Shown here one piece after another: positions 24,675 to 35,360 of a DNA stretch of 64,000 nt (within the stretch, counting starts at the first letter, position 1; the number at the start of each line of letters is the position of its first letter). The stretch lies in the IMG/VR virus record IMGVR_UViG_3300025133_000065, one strand, 5' to 3'. The notes below the pieces were generated by a model. The model searched no databases. It was not told where the DNA came from and saw only the letters and a program-made list of their open reading frames with translations. The position numbers were made by a program, and so were the translations under genes. Source of the DNA: an uncultured virus (IMG/VR IMGVR_UViG_3300025133_000065). Taxonomy: Duplodnaviria; Heunggongvirae; Uroviricota; Caudoviricetes.

Positions 24675-27600
24675 TTATTGATTGACAAATGCATATCCGT
24701 CATCTGTTTTAGAAATCTCAATTGTCATATCTACGACATCTTTTAAGCTTTCTATATGAGTAATTAGTAAGGTAACATCGAAATACCCCTTTACCAAGTC
24801 CAAAATTCGAACAAAACCTTCCATGTTTTCAGCGTCAAGAGCAGTTCCCGGTTCATCTAAAACGAATATATTTGATTTTGGCATATTACTTATGTTTAAC
24901 AAAGCAATTCTAATAGCAACGGCAGCAAGTGTTTTCTCTGCACCCGAGCAGGTTTCAAGCTGTCGTGGGTCGTGTTTTGGATGCTTAATTAAAATATTTA
25001 ACTTGTTTTCGTTGTTTTCAAAAAACACCTCAAACTCAACAACATTAGATAGAATTTTTGCAATTTCTATGTTGATTACTGGTAGTGCTTTCTTAATGAC
25101 ATCAAATGCGATACCATTGGAATGCATACAAGTCATAAACAAATCATAAGCAGAGTACTCTGTGTTTAATCTATTCTTTTCTGTTCTAAGATTTATTAAA
25201 TTTTCAAGTTTCTGCTCTAATGCCCCTTCTTTACCAACAAGGGTGTAAATCTGGTCTTCGCAGTTTTGTAGTTCCTGCCCTATTCTTTCTTTATTAGTTT
25301 TAGTAAGTTTTAACTCCGACATAACCTTTTCAACGTTTTCAAGAATTTCTTTATGTTCTTCATAATAATCGGCTGTATCATTTAGTTCTTTAATTTCGCT
25401 TTCTAACTTTTGAATAGCAGAGTTAGTTCTTTCCAAGTCTAAATTTAAATTAGTAAGTTTGGACTGTTCATCCTTTTTCTTGCTAGTTAGCTGGGTCCAG
25501 TTATTGATAGTGCCACTGACTTTATTAATATCAATATTAGATAATTCACCTGTTTTTAATTTTAATTTATCTTCAACTTCAGATAAAACTTTCTTTGTAA
25601 GGGAAAGGTCTTGCTTGGCATTATGGGCGTCTTTAATAAATTTGCAAGAGGTTAAAAATTTATCTCCACAAGGAATATCTGTTAAAATCTTAATTTGTCT
25701 TAGACTTGTCTCTTTTTCTCGTTCTTTCTTTTGCTGTTCTCGTAAAAGAGTGTTAATCTTATCTTCTAGTCCGTCTGCTTTATCTTTTTGCTTGTTAAGA
25801 TTTAGAATATCAATTGTTTCTAATAAAGATGATGCCTTCTCTAAGAAGCCTTCTTTGTCTTTAATATCGCTTGTTAAAATACTAACTTTATTTTTTAAAT
25901 TTTTTCTATCCTGACACAATCGTTCCAAGTTTCTTTGTACTTTACAAATAGAGATGGGATCTTCTGGAATCTGAGCGAGTTTATTTTCTAAATCAGCTAC
26001 CTCTTTAATCACGGAACTTAAGTGTTCTTTTAGTTCTGTGCATAAATTCTTTTGTTTTGCTACTGCTGCACCCGCTCTAAAAATGTCGTCTTTTGTTTTT
26101 TTGATATCATCATCATAACTTACATCTTGGATTCTTCGCAATGCGCCGCGCAAGTCAGAAGCGTCATCTTTTGCTAACTTAAATTTTCTTTCAAAGAACT
26201 CTAAATCAAGAAACTTTGCTAAGATTTCCTTACGACGAGTAGAGCCTTCATTAATAAAGGTCAAAGCTCCAGTCTGAGAAGACATAGACGTGTTTAGGAA
26301 GTCGTCTAAATCTCCAAAGACATTTCGGATTGCTTTGTCTGTTCCACCTCGTGCATTTTGATTGAGGGAACCAACCTCTCCTGAAACCTTGTCCACATAA
26401 TCAAAGTCCGCTTGAGTCTTAGCTTCATTTGTAATCTTACCCTTGAGCTTCTTAGTATATTTATCTGATCTCCGACTAATCTGATAAGTTTTATTATTGG
26501 CTTCAATCTCTACCAATCCAGAACCATAATCTTTGTTCTGGTTGACAATGTTGTAAGTCTTTCGAATATTTTTAGAAGTATTGTTATAAATTGTGTAGAG
26601 TAGAGCATCGATGACACTAGACTTTCCGCTAAAATTCTTACCAAAAATTCCCACCGTGCCAGACAATTTGTTAAAATCAATAGAGTTTCCCTCACCATAA
26701 TTAAATAAATTGTCCCAACTAAATTTCTTAATGCGCCAATGAACATTACGGGAGATATCTTCGCTCTCTTCAACAACTTTATTATATTTTGAATTAAGAG
26801 CGAAGACTTCATTTAACGTATCTTCTCCGACATTGTAGTCTTTAAGGTACTCTTTAATTAAATCTTGCTGAGTTTTCTCGTCTCTGAGGTTTTCGAATAA
26901 TTCTGTATTCACAGAATCTGCCACTGACAAATCGTTACTGCTGGCTTTATTTAAGAAAGTGATACTCTCGGGCTTAAAGCGATGTTTAGCGATGTCTACG
27001 GCTCTTCTGAGCCGCTCCAAGGCTATGTTTGAATCCGCTACCAATCTTAATCTTGCCCCGTCTGGACATTTAAAGCCTTTTGGGATTCTTCCTGTCTTTG
27101 TTAGGCGAATTGTAATAAAGGGCTTCGGATTTACAAAGTTAATTTTTTCTCTACTAAATTCTGTTTTTGACTGAATATCCCAGATAAACATACCTTTATC
27201 ATCAGTCTCTCCAAAGTTTTGTTGAATTGTAGAGCCAGCATACGCAATAGTTCCTTCTTTGTCTAAGACTTGAGTTTTATGAATATCCCCAAGCATAGCG
27301 TAGTCGTAATCATCAAATATGGAAATGCTATGCTCTCCATGTTCCATGACAAATCCGATGTCGGTTCGGCTATATTTAATTGCGCCATGATAAAGTCCTA
27401 TGTTAATCTTATCTGGATTAGTTGGCTTGACCCAGTTCTCCTCGTCAAATACCGATAATACATTTAAACAAAACTTATCGTTTAGGTGTGTTTCACCGGC
27501 ATTCTTTAGCAAGTGTAAGTTTTTATGTCCTAGGGCCTCTACAATAGGAGAAATAGCGTCCTGACGATAAGAGTTTCGTAAATTACCGTCATGATTTCCT

Positions 27601-27830
27601 AAAATGATATAGGTGGGGGCAATTTCTGCTAAGTTTTTTAAAAAGTCTGAGCACAACTCAACAAATTCTGGTGAAATCTGTGTCTTTGTGTGGGCTATAT
27701 CACCGCAATGAATAATATAATCCACATCTTGTTCTTTCAGAGAATCATAAAGCTGTTGAAAAACAGCTTTGTATTCTTTGTGATATTTTAAATTTTTTAT
27801 GTGAGTGTCTGCTATATGTGCAAATTTCAT
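24675..27830 (-). CDS. Fused Mre11/SbcD nuclease - Rad50/SbcC ATPase (gp47+gp46-like)
   Basis: Phosphoesterase motifs ADTH, CGD, GNHD, YHG, LGDIH; Walker A GKNFSGKS; long coiled coil; signature CSGAE; Walker B FVLDEP; ITH. Confidence 0.92.
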   Translation of the reverse strand: MKFAHIADTHIKNLKYHKEYKAVFQQLYDSLKEQDVDYIIHCGDIAHTKTQISPEFVELCSDFLKNLAEIAPTYIILGNHDGNLRNSYRQDAISPIVEALGHKNLHLLKNAGETHLNDKFCLNVLSVFDEENWVKPTNPDKINIGLYHGAIKYSRTDIGFVMEHGEHSISIFDDYDYAMLGDIHKTQVLDKEGTIAYAGSTIQQNFGETDDKGMFIWDIQSKTEFSREKINFVNPKPFITIRLTKTGRIPKGFKCPDGARLRLVADSNIALERLRRAVDIAKHRFKPESITFLNKASSNDLSVADSVNTELFENLRDEKTQQDLIKEYLKDYNVGEDTLNEVFALNSKYNKVVEESEDISRNVHWRIKKFSWDNLFNYGEGNSIDFNKLSGTVGIFGKNFSGKSSVIDALLYTIYNNTSKNIRKTYNIVNQNKDYGSGLVEIEANNKTYQISRRSDKYTKKLKGKITNEAKTQADFDYVDKVSGEVGSLNQNARGGTDKAIRNVFGDLDDFLNTSMSSQTGALTFINEGSTRRKEILAKFLDLEFFERKFKLAKDDASDLRGALRRIQDVSYDDDIKKTKDDIFRAGAAVAKQKNLCTELKEHLSSVIKEVADLENKLAQIPEDPISICKVQRNLERLCQDRKNLKNKVSILTSDIKDKEGFLEKASSLLETIDILNLNKQKDKADGLEDKINTLLREQQKKEREKETSLRQIKILTDIPCGDKFLTSCKFIKDAHNAKQDLSLTKKVLSEVEDKLKLKTGELSNIDINKVSGTINNWTQLTSKKKDEQSKLTNLNLDLERTNSAIQKLESEIKELNDTADYYEEHKEILENVEKVMSELKLTKTNKERIGQELQNCEDQIYTLVGKEGALEQKLENLINLRTEKNRLNTEYSAYDLFMTCMHSNGIAFDVIKKALPVINIEIAKILSNVVEFEVFFENNENKLNILIKHPKHDPRQLETCSGAEKTLAAVAIRIALLNISNMPKSNIFVLDEPGTALDAENMEGFVRILDLVKGYFDVTLLITHIESLKDVVDMTIEISKTDDGYAFVNQ

Positions 27831-28765
27831 GCAACCTCGTCTATCAACTGATATAAAAAGTTTAATCCACCCATATCAGTCGCATTTTTTATTTTTTCTT
27901 CTATTATTTCTCTTGGCATTGTTGCGACATCTTCATATCCTGTAGTGTCTACTTTCTTAACGTCAATACCATAGTTTAAAAACAATTGAATTATTTTTTT
28001 TTCTTTCTTATGTGCGTCTTCGTCCAACGCAATATAAACTGGTGTTTTATTCTCTACAATTCTTTGAAAAAGCAAATGATCTGATTTAATTGTCGATCCC
28101 AAAATCGGGACCGCGTTATTTCCGATTCGCATTGCATCAAAAACACCTTCAACAATTATTACAGGGTGGTTAAAGTTGACCGTCAGTTCATTAAAAACCA
28201 TTAAAGACTTTGACACTTTTGGATTTTTGTATTTTGGGAAGTCATTAGAATAGGTTCTTGCAATAAAATAATTTAAATTACCCTGCTCATCAAACGACGG
28301 AATAATAACTCGACCCTTATATTCCCCTTTTGTACATACACCAACTTTCATCTTAAAAATCTGATCATTGTTGTAACCACGTTTTTGCATGTATTTTAAA
28401 GCTTTTTGCCGATGATAGGAACGACTAGGCGAGAATAGAGGTAAAAATCCTTCTGGTAGAAAAACTGCTTCATTTTTGATTTCTACTTTTTTACCAAAAA
28501 GAATAAATTCAAGATTGTCAAAACTTTGTTCTTGATCTAAACCCCAGTCTTTTAAGTCTGTGGTTGAACCAAATTTCTTTACCAAAAAATCAATAGATCT
28601 ACCAGATGAGTCGCACACCCAGCACTTCCATACGTTCTTATCAAGATTGACGGACATTTTCTTTTTATGATGATTGCAAAAAGGGCAAGAAAACAACATT
28701 TCACTGTTGTTTTCGTAATATCCACCTAATATTTTTTTTAAGATTTTTTGTTCTTTTGTTGCCAT
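27827..28765 (-). CDS. DNA primase (Zn finger plus TOPRIM)
   Basis: CPFC...WKCWVC, GRVIIPS, YFIAR, KYKNP, IVEGVFDA, IALDEDA. Confidence 0.88.
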   Translation of the reverse strand: MATKEQKILKKILGGYYENNSEMLFSCPFCNHHKKKMSVNLDKNVWKCWVCDSSGRSIDFLVKKFGSTTDLKDWGLDQEQSFDNLEFILFGKKVEIKNEAVFLPEGFLPLFSPSRSYHRQKALKYMQKRGYNNDQIFKMKVGVCTKGEYKGRVIIPSFDEQGNLNYFIARTYSNDFPKYKNPKVSKSLMVFNELTVNFNHPVIIVEGVFDAMRIGNNAVPILGSTIKSDHLLFQRIVENKTPVYIALDEDAHKKEKKIIQLFLNYGIDVKKVDTTGYEDVATMPREIIEEKIKNATDMGGLNFLYQLIDEVA

Positions 28766-29268
28766 GCATCATAACCAGACTTGGCAATCACCCAACTATC
28801 AGCCTTATCGTAACTGTCTGGGCGAGGATTGCCTTTGTTAGTATATTCTACTACAAACTGTGGCTCGTTGTCAAGTACAAATTGTAATACCACTGGCTTG
28901 GCCTTGGTACCTCGTGGTACTTTTATCCCACAAATTCGGCGCGCTGTAACCGCAGCAAAGTATTCTGGCTCTAAATTAAATAACTTAAAACATAACCAAC
29001 TAACCACCCCGTTAAACCGTGAAAGAGTTGAAAGTGTCTGGGCTGATGAAAATCCAGAACGAAATGACTGCAAAGACTGTTCAATATATACAGCTTGAAC
29101 GGCGTAGGATTGCTTCAGAGAGCTTAACTTCTCTTCAACCACTCCTACTTTAATAAAAAAGTTTTTGTGCTTTCTCGTGTCGATAGAGCCGTATTCTACA
29201 AGGTCCCCATTGGTATCAAGAATTGTATATCCTGTGATACTGGTTGAAACATCTAATCCTAATATCAT
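28738..29268 (-). CDS. ruvC: RuvC-like Holliday junction resolvase
   Basis: MILGLDVSTSITG, VYIEQ, D..DKADS..IA. Confidence 0.8.
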   Translation of the reverse strand: MILGLDVSTSITGYTILDTNGDLVEYGSIDTRKHKNFFIKVGVVEEKLSSLKQSYAVQAVYIEQSLQSFRSGFSSAQTLSTLSRFNGVVSWLCFKLFNLEPEYFAAVTARRICGIKVPRGTKAKPVVLQFVLDNEPQFVVEYTNKGNPRPDSYDKADSWVIAKSGYDAWQQKNKKS

Positions 29269-30614
29269 AAATCTATTTTTAACTTAAAGGTATAATCTGT
29301 ACTATTCGTCTTAGTGACAGGTTTGGCTAATTTAGCGGTTCCTATTAGTATATCATTTTTATCATAAATATTAACCTTTGTTATAAAAGTTTGGTCTTGA
29401 TAAGATGCAGAATAATTGGCAAACGAACTTGAAACAGTATTTTTAACAGGCAGGTACTCTTTTTCAAGGTAAGCTGCCGAACCAGTTGCCGCGACGACCA
29501 TCTCCTGATATGTTGAACCTGTTGCGTAGTTTCTGTCAACATAAGTCAAGTTGTTACTCCAGTTAAATTCGTTTTTATCCGCATGGGCAAACATTGTTAA
29601 TGTGGGAATTGTGTTGGTCCCTTGGAATATCATTTCATATGAAGATGAAACTGGCCCATAAGAACCAGAATCTGGGTCTAAAGAATTAGTTATGAAAGAT
29701 TGATAAGCTCCAAAATGTGCCCATTTTGGACTGTCTTTCCAGGCAGCTTGTAGTGCAACCTTTCCCGGTCCTGCTTCTGTAGTTGTTGTACCAGTAACTG
29801 GACACAGATAACCATCCGATACTGAACTATTAAGGTCATAGTTTCCAGTTAATAATAAAACGCCCTCTTCGTACAAAACCGTTCCGACGACCCCACCCGC
29901 TCTTGGGCCATGTGTTTCGATAATCTCTCCATTCCTTTTTGTGTCTTTTGCAGTCCCAACCAAAGTACCAGTAATATAAAAATTTAACTCCAAAGAACCA
30001 GGATTAATTCTTTGAGCCTTAAAAATCTCTGGAAATAAAAACATAGACATATATTTTTGTCGGGGTGATATCGAGCTTTCAATACTTGAATTTGCAGCTT
30101 GTGGATTCACCTGGCCAGTGACATAGTATTCATCAAAATGAAATTTAGGACTTCTAATTTTACTATAATTTATTGTATTTTCAAGAGCAATAAGCTTGCG
30201 AACTGAACTTGTTTCTGAAACGCCATCAATAATATCAAATCCATTAAATGGGGCTGGACCATTTCCAATCAACCTTTCCCTGCTGACTGAAGAAGTAAAG
30301 GGGTAGTTTCCAGTAATTTCTGTACCGACTGATAGATTGGAATATTCATTTGTATCTATCGTAGCAGAAACATTGTTAAAGACAAAATCATTAAAATTTT
30401 CACCCTTAATAATAAAAGGTTTAATTAAATCAGAACCTTGAATTCTATCAACATTTAGCTCAAACAGGGAAACAGATCCGCTTTGGACCCTATTTCCATC
30501 AGTTTGTCGATTATTAACATAAGATTGATTAAAATAATAATTAAGAGTTGTCTGTGGATAAGTTTTTACTGTATTGTAAAATATATCATCTGGTCCAAAT
30601 TTCTTTTTTGGCAT
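29265..30614 (-). CDS. Hypothetical virion (baseplate/tail) protein
   Basis: C-terminal FITKVNIYD....IGTAKLAKPV.K....YTFKLKID, paralogous to the upstream ORF. Confidence 0.6.
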   Translation of the reverse strand: MPKKKFGPDDIFYNTVKTYPQTTLNYYFNQSYVNNRQTDGNRVQSGSVSLFELNVDRIQGSDLIKPFIIKGENFNDFVFNNVSATIDTNEYSNLSVGTEITGNYPFTSSVSRERLIGNGPAPFNGFDIIDGVSETSSVRKLIALENTINYSKIRSPKFHFDEYYVTGQVNPQAANSSIESSISPRQKYMSMFLFPEIFKAQRINPGSLELNFYITGTLVGTAKDTKRNGEIIETHGPRAGGVVGTVLYEEGVLLLTGNYDLNSSVSDGYLCPVTGTTTTEAGPGKVALQAAWKDSPKWAHFGAYQSFITNSLDPDSGSYGPVSSSYEMIFQGTNTIPTLTMFAHADKNEFNWSNNLTYVDRNYATGSTYQEMVVAATGSAAYLEKEYLPVKNTVSSSFANYSASYQDQTFITKVNIYDKNDILIGTAKLAKPVTKTNSTDYTFKLKIDL

Positions 30615-30625
30615 TTTAACATCTC

Positions 30626-31735
30626 TTAGTAATCTAAGCGAACACGAATAGTCAAGTCGTTTGAAGGTGTCTTTCTAATTGGTTCACTTAACTTTGCCGT
30701 AGCCACCAAAGCACCATCTTGTGCATACAATCCAACTGTTGTAATATATGAGAGTGGTGGATTACTGGCATTGTTCCCCTTGACTCTGATCTGACTTGAA
30801 GATAAATAGGTTGGATTTGAACTGTAATTAAACTCATCAGCGCCTGCACGACAGAAGTAAATTGTTGAGTTTAACTCTGTTGAATTGTTAAACTCAATAT
30901 TGTAGATTCTATGTCTTAAAGCATCTGATAGTTCATCAATTGTACCAGACTCAATACTTCCAGTGTAAGTTAATAATGCGGGACTTGTGCTTGTTGAATT
31001 TACGAATTGGACATCATCACCAGTCGCGCCGCCGTCAACAGCGCCCTTTGTCAAACTTGCCGATAAATCTAAAACAACCAACCCGCTTTGGTAATAAATA
31101 ATTCCTAACGCATCATTATCGGCTGCACTTGCGTCCGTTGCCGAAGAACCACTTCTTAAAACTCCGTATTCTCCTGCTGGAGAATTTGTATCGTTAAATG
31201 AAGCGGTCGCTCCATAATCTCCAATATAAAATAAAGAATCAAAAGGTGTAGCATGGGTGTTTACCCCAAGAGTCAATCTAAATGTCCCTTTTTGAATTTC
31301 ATCCTTAGCTAATAATCTTGAAAGGTTAATAAATGCAGGATCATCAATGACAGATATAGTTTTATCATAAGAACCAGACAGTCTAAAAGGCTCAATAGAC
31401 GCTGTAACATCATAACCATAAAGGACTTGAGCCATCTCATGATATATGTTGTGCTTATCGGTATTTCCAGAAGCTAAAGTTGATGGGTATGCTGCCGAAT
31501 CTTCATAGACACCATAAGTAATATCGAAAATTTGGTTTGCTGAAGAACTTAGGTAGGGATAATCATAAACCGACTGAAACATACCGTGGTCATAAATTTT
31601 AATATTTTCACCCCTGATATCAGAAGTGGTCCCATAGGTTCCCGAAACAAGGCTACCAGTTACAGGAATGGTTTCATGAAGTAGGACCTTGGTCGTTTTA
31701 ACCTCTTCGTTTTTAAGTGCTTTTAATGTGCTCAT
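30626..31735 (-). CDS. Hypothetical virion (baseplate/tail) protein
   Basis: C-terminal FNYSSNPTY...YITTVGLY....LVATAKLSEPIRK....LTIRVRLDY; Ser/Thr/Gly-rich. Confidence 0.6.
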   Translation of the reverse strand: MSTLKALKNEEVKTTKVLLHETIPVTGSLVSGTYGTTSDIRGENIKIYDHGMFQSVYDYPYLSSSANQIFDITYGVYEDSAAYPSTLASGNTDKHNIYHEMAQVLYGYDVTASIEPFRLSGSYDKTISVIDDPAFINLSRLLAKDEIQKGTFRLTLGVNTHATPFDSLFYIGDYGATASFNDTNSPAGEYGVLRSGSSATDASAADNDALGIIYYQSGLVVLDLSASLTKGAVDGGATGDDVQFVNSTSTSPALLTYTGSIESGTIDELSDALRHRIYNIEFNNSTELNSTIYFCRAGADEFNYSSNPTYLSSSQIRVKGNNASNPPLSYITTVGLYAQDGALVATAKLSEPIRKTPSNDLTIRVRLDY

Positions 31736-31747
31736 TATAATTTCCTA

Positions 31748-32725
31748 TTAGCTTATGGCTCTTACAATTCTTACTGGGACATCAATTGAAATGCCAGTTT
31801 TATCCCCAACAATTCTAACAACACTATCAATTACTTTTGCATTGGTTGAGTCTGGAAAGAAACTTGATACGGTTGTGCCAATTTGGTCGAACAAGTAATC
31901 GCTTGAAGCTATACTTGTTGCCGCCGTAAAAGATACTAAAAGACTTGCCCCTCTTGGTCCTTGGATCGGACTATAACCAGTCTGTGCCGATTCACCGGAT
32001 GCAGGCTGCCTAAAAGACGCCTGCTGTCTATTTTCAATGGCCATATAGGTGGCAATACTATCAGTATCTGTAAATGTCTTTGGAAGTTGCCCACCCCTCA
32101 TATCAACAGGGATTAGCAATCTATCATCAGACTGAATGTAAAATTCTGTCTCATTTAAATCTGGATCTAAAGTGTTTTTATAAGATAGTTGTGTTGTATC
32201 AAGACCCTGGTCAATTACAATCATTCTATTACTTGCAGCAGGCCCATTAACACCATTAATAAATCCGGCTGGTAAAAACTTAGCGCCTGCTGTTAAAGCT
32301 GATGATTCACCTTCATATTTATCAACCGCTAATTGATTAGCGAGAATAACAAAGCTATTGACTGTTCCAGCGTCGCTGCTCTCGGCATATGGAAACCCTG
32401 GAAATTCTCCAGCGGGGCTGTTCAAGTTTAATCTTGCTACTGGCAAAAACAAGCTATTATCTCTTCCATTTAAAGTTAAAAGTCTGTTTTTTAGCGAAGA
32501 TGCGCTATTGGTAAAGGCTTCAAAGACTGGAGTTTTTAAAATATTTAAATCTCTTGCGGCTGTTGACTGGGTTGTGTCATAAAGCTTGTAATTAATTTCA
32601 TCATCACCAAAGCCAAAGAAACTAATTTTAAAAGAGCCGTCTGCCCTTGCTAATCTTTGTCGTCCGATATCGGTTAGAACTGCGTCTAAAATGATATCTC
32701 CACTATTATCTAAAAAACTCGACAT
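31748..32725 (-). CDS. Hypothetical virion protein
   Basis: N-terminal LDAVLTDIGRQRLA....FKI..FGFGDDEINY; AGGAG RBS and upstream ACTATTTA motif. Confidence 0.6.
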   Translation of the reverse strand: MSSFLDNSGDIILDAVLTDIGRQRLARADGSFKISFFGFGDDEINYKLYDTTQSTAARDLNILKTPVFEAFTNSASSLKNRLLTLNGRDNSLFLPVARLNLNSPAGEFPGFPYAESSDAGTVNSFVILANQLAVDKYEGESSALTAGAKFLPAGFINGVNGPAASNRMIVIDQGLDTTQLSYKNTLDPDLNETEFYIQSDDRLLIPVDMRGGQLPKTFTDTDSIATYMAIENRQQASFRQPASGESAQTGYSPIQGPRGASLLVSFTAATSIASSDYLFDQIGTTVSSFFPDSTNAKVIDSVVRIVGDKTGISIDVPVRIVRAIS

Positions 32726-32744
32726 GCTTTTCTCCTAAACATAA

Positions 32745-32752
32745 TAAATAGT
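32745..32752 (-). promoter_or_regulatory. Putative late promoter (ACTATTTA)
   Basis: Intergenic, 19 nt upstream of the ATG at 32725. Confidence 0.55.
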
Positions 32753-32786
32753 TTTAAAATACAAAATAACTTTATTAAACACTTTG

Positions 32787-35360
32787 TTATTTTTTTTCTG
32801 TCTTATAACTAATAAGAACTTTTTCTTTTGTTGTTTCTTTTAAATTTAAACTTCCAGCATTTTCACTTGATTTTTGGAAGTCTTTTCTATAAATAATATT
32901 AAAATCAATTTTTTTACCAGTCTTTTTAGAAGTTAACCTTACCTTAAATTGAGGTCTGGCTTCCGTGCTAGGTGAAAATACAGTTGGGTCTAAATACCCA
33001 ATGCCGTCTTTATCTGGGTTTGGAGCTTGCTGTAGCAAAGCAGGCTCCAACCTGAAACGTTTGCCAAAATCTAATTTAGTTTTTCTTCCCGTTTCATCAA
33101 AATCATCATAAATTTTAATTATTGGGAAAACTGTGCCAGCATCGTCCACGATTTCAACCTCATAAATTTGACTAAAGTAGGATTCTAAGCCGGTATAAGA
33201 CTCGCTTTTACAAGAAAAATAATATTTTGTATTGGGTTCTAAATCTACAATAGTACCGTAGCCGCCAGTCAAAACATCTATTTCCTTAAATTCTTTTAAT
33301 GAACTTAAATCTTTTGGTGGTATTTTTGAAGCGTAAATTTTGATTTTATTAAGTACTTGTTTGAAAAAATACATTTTTTCTTTATTAGAGCTACTAAACC
33401 CTTGTTGTTTTTCATAGTATTCTTTTGCCTGTTCCCAACCTTCGGTCCAATATTTTTTAGGAACACCTCTTATAATAATACCTGAGTCTGCAAGATTTTG
33501 AAAAGTAAAAATTAGTTTATTGTTTACTCCTGCCACTGGAAATATTTTTAAAAATAGTTCTGTTGGAGGTAGATCTATAAACGAAAAATCGGTTTTTACC
33601 TCTGATTTTTCTATTCTTTTAAGTTTTTGCTCATTTAGGACTTCTATTGTTTTTGCTGTAAATTCAATTTTATTGTTTTCTTTTGTAGTATCTTTTAAAG
33701 TAATCTTATATTCATACTGAAAGCGCAACTGACTAATTAATTCTTCTAATTTATATTTATATTTTGTGCCATACTTTACTTGTGAATCATATAAAATAAA
33801 GTTATTTTCCTCTCCAACCTTATCAATAACAAAATAATTTTGATTTTTAAAGCTTGAAAAATTTTCGCCTAACAATCTTTGCTTTTCAACAATATTACCA
33901 ATGCTATATTGACCTAAAAATGGTGCAAAATTTTTAGGAAGCTTTGATTCGTCTAGTATTGGGTTTCCATATTTAATAAAAGCGTTAAAATAGGCTGCTG
34001 CACTTTCATCAAGCTCCCCTAATAAATTTTTGTCGATAAGAACGTCTTCAAGCGTCTTTCCTTGAAAATTTAAGTATGTCTCTCTTTTTAATAATTTTAT
34101 AGTATTTTCTAAAGATTCTGATTCTTTTATAGATTGCTCAATGTTAGTCTGCTTTGGAATTGCGGACTTGTTTTTAACATTAAGTTCATTATAATAAGGC
34201 AGCGAAAGATTGACTCTAAGATTATCTGCTCCGACATTTTTAATGTCAAAGATTTGACTAACTGCTTCATCCCAAGACAGTACGCTTGTCTGACAACCTA
34301 AACCCCCTTTAGGAATTTTCTTATCTAATATATCGTCATTACCTTCTTTATAAAACAGTCTTAATCCAGTTTCAATTTTGCCTTCGATTGCGTTCTTACA
34401 CTTTTTAATCTCTTTTGGAGTGCTAAAAAATTTCTTTTCACCCTCGCTAATGCTTTCTAAATTGTTATTAAAAAAAGGTGAGTTAATATAGTTTACGGTG
34501 CTAAAGCTTTCTATTGAAGAGTTGTCTAATTTTAAATAATTGCTCTTGTTTAAATAAGTTTTACCACTTACTTGTAAATTAAGTAAGAAGTTTAACGCAG
34601 TTGCTGCCCCAACTGGTGGATCTTTTAAAAACACAGCCAAACCATTTAACTGTTTCATGGAAGCGCTCGCATAGTAATCGTGAAGTGCAAGGCTCGCAAC
34701 AACTAACGCTGGCGCAGAATCTTTATCAACAGTCAATACTAGTTTATCACCACTTTTATTAAAAGTATTATAAGAAAAAATCTGTGAACACCAAAACCAA
34801 AAATAGCTTTCTATTAATTTTAACTGGGATGTTGATTGTTTAGGTCCAGTTGTATAGTTAATAGCCGTACCACCAATATTTTTTACAAGTTCTGCCCTTA
34901 TTTCCTCAATAGAAGGCTTTAAACTTAAATTATTTAATGTCAAATCCAGTGCTAATTTAGTAAGTAGATTAATATTTAACGAAGGGTCTAACCTGTAGTC
35001 AAAAGTGAGTTTGTCTGTCGCAGAGTTAAAGTCTGGTGACCAGACATAATTTTTCATAAAAGCAACAGGGTCTTCAAGATATTTTTTTATGTCAAAAAAG
35101 TTTCTTAAATCAGATATATCATAGCTTTTATAGTTAGATATAGATGGTGAAAATTTTGGTTGAAAGTCAGCAGGAATTATTATTCCTGGCGGTTCTGGAA
35201 TGATTGCTTCTGGGGCAGGTGCTTCTGAAGACTTTAGTTCTATTGAATCGACAAGTGCTTGCTGTTTTGCTTGTTGTTCTTTAGCAACCGAATCTGAGCT
35301 TTCGCCAATTGATTCAGTCCCATAAAGAGCTTTTGTTGCGTTTTTTATATCAATTGTCAT
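32787..35360 (-). CDS. Large hypothetical protein
   Basis: 857-aa Lys/Asn-rich ORF; C-terminal FKVRLTSKKTGKKIDFNI. Confidence 0.6.
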   Translation of the reverse strand: MTIDIKNATKALYGTESIGESSDSVAKEQQAKQQALVDSIELKSSEAPAPEAIIPEPPGIIIPADFQPKFSPSISNYKSYDISDLRNFFDIKKYLEDPVAFMKNYVWSPDFNSATDKLTFDYRLDPSLNINLLTKLALDLTLNNLSLKPSIEEIRAELVKNIGGTAINYTTGPKQSTSQLKLIESYFWFWCSQIFSYNTFNKSGDKLVLTVDKDSAPALVVASLALHDYYASASMKQLNGLAVFLKDPPVGAATALNFLLNLQVSGKTYLNKSNYLKLDNSSIESFSTVNYINSPFFNNNLESISEGEKKFFSTPKEIKKCKNAIEGKIETGLRLFYKEGNDDILDKKIPKGGLGCQTSVLSWDEAVSQIFDIKNVGADNLRVNLSLPYYNELNVKNKSAIPKQTNIEQSIKESESLENTIKLLKRETYLNFQGKTLEDVLIDKNLLGELDESAAAYFNAFIKYGNPILDESKLPKNFAPFLGQYSIGNIVEKQRLLGENFSSFKNQNYFVIDKVGEENNFILYDSQVKYGTKYKYKLEELISQLRFQYEYKITLKDTTKENNKIEFTAKTIEVLNEQKLKRIEKSEVKTDFSFIDLPPTELFLKIFPVAGVNNKLIFTFQNLADSGIIIRGVPKKYWTEGWEQAKEYYEKQQGFSSSNKEKMYFFKQVLNKIKIYASKIPPKDLSSLKEFKEIDVLTGGYGTIVDLEPNTKYYFSCKSESYTGLESYFSQIYEVEIVDDAGTVFPIIKIYDDFDETGRKTKLDFGKRFRLEPALLQQAPNPDKDGIGYLDPTVFSPSTEARPQFKVRLTSKKTGKKIDFNIIYRKDFQKSSENAGSLNLKETTKEKVLISYKTEKK

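Noticed and set aside
19121..27830. Inteins or introns in terminase or Mre11-Rad50
   Set aside because: Motif spacing is normal; no intein splice motifs or homing endonuclease signatures were seen.
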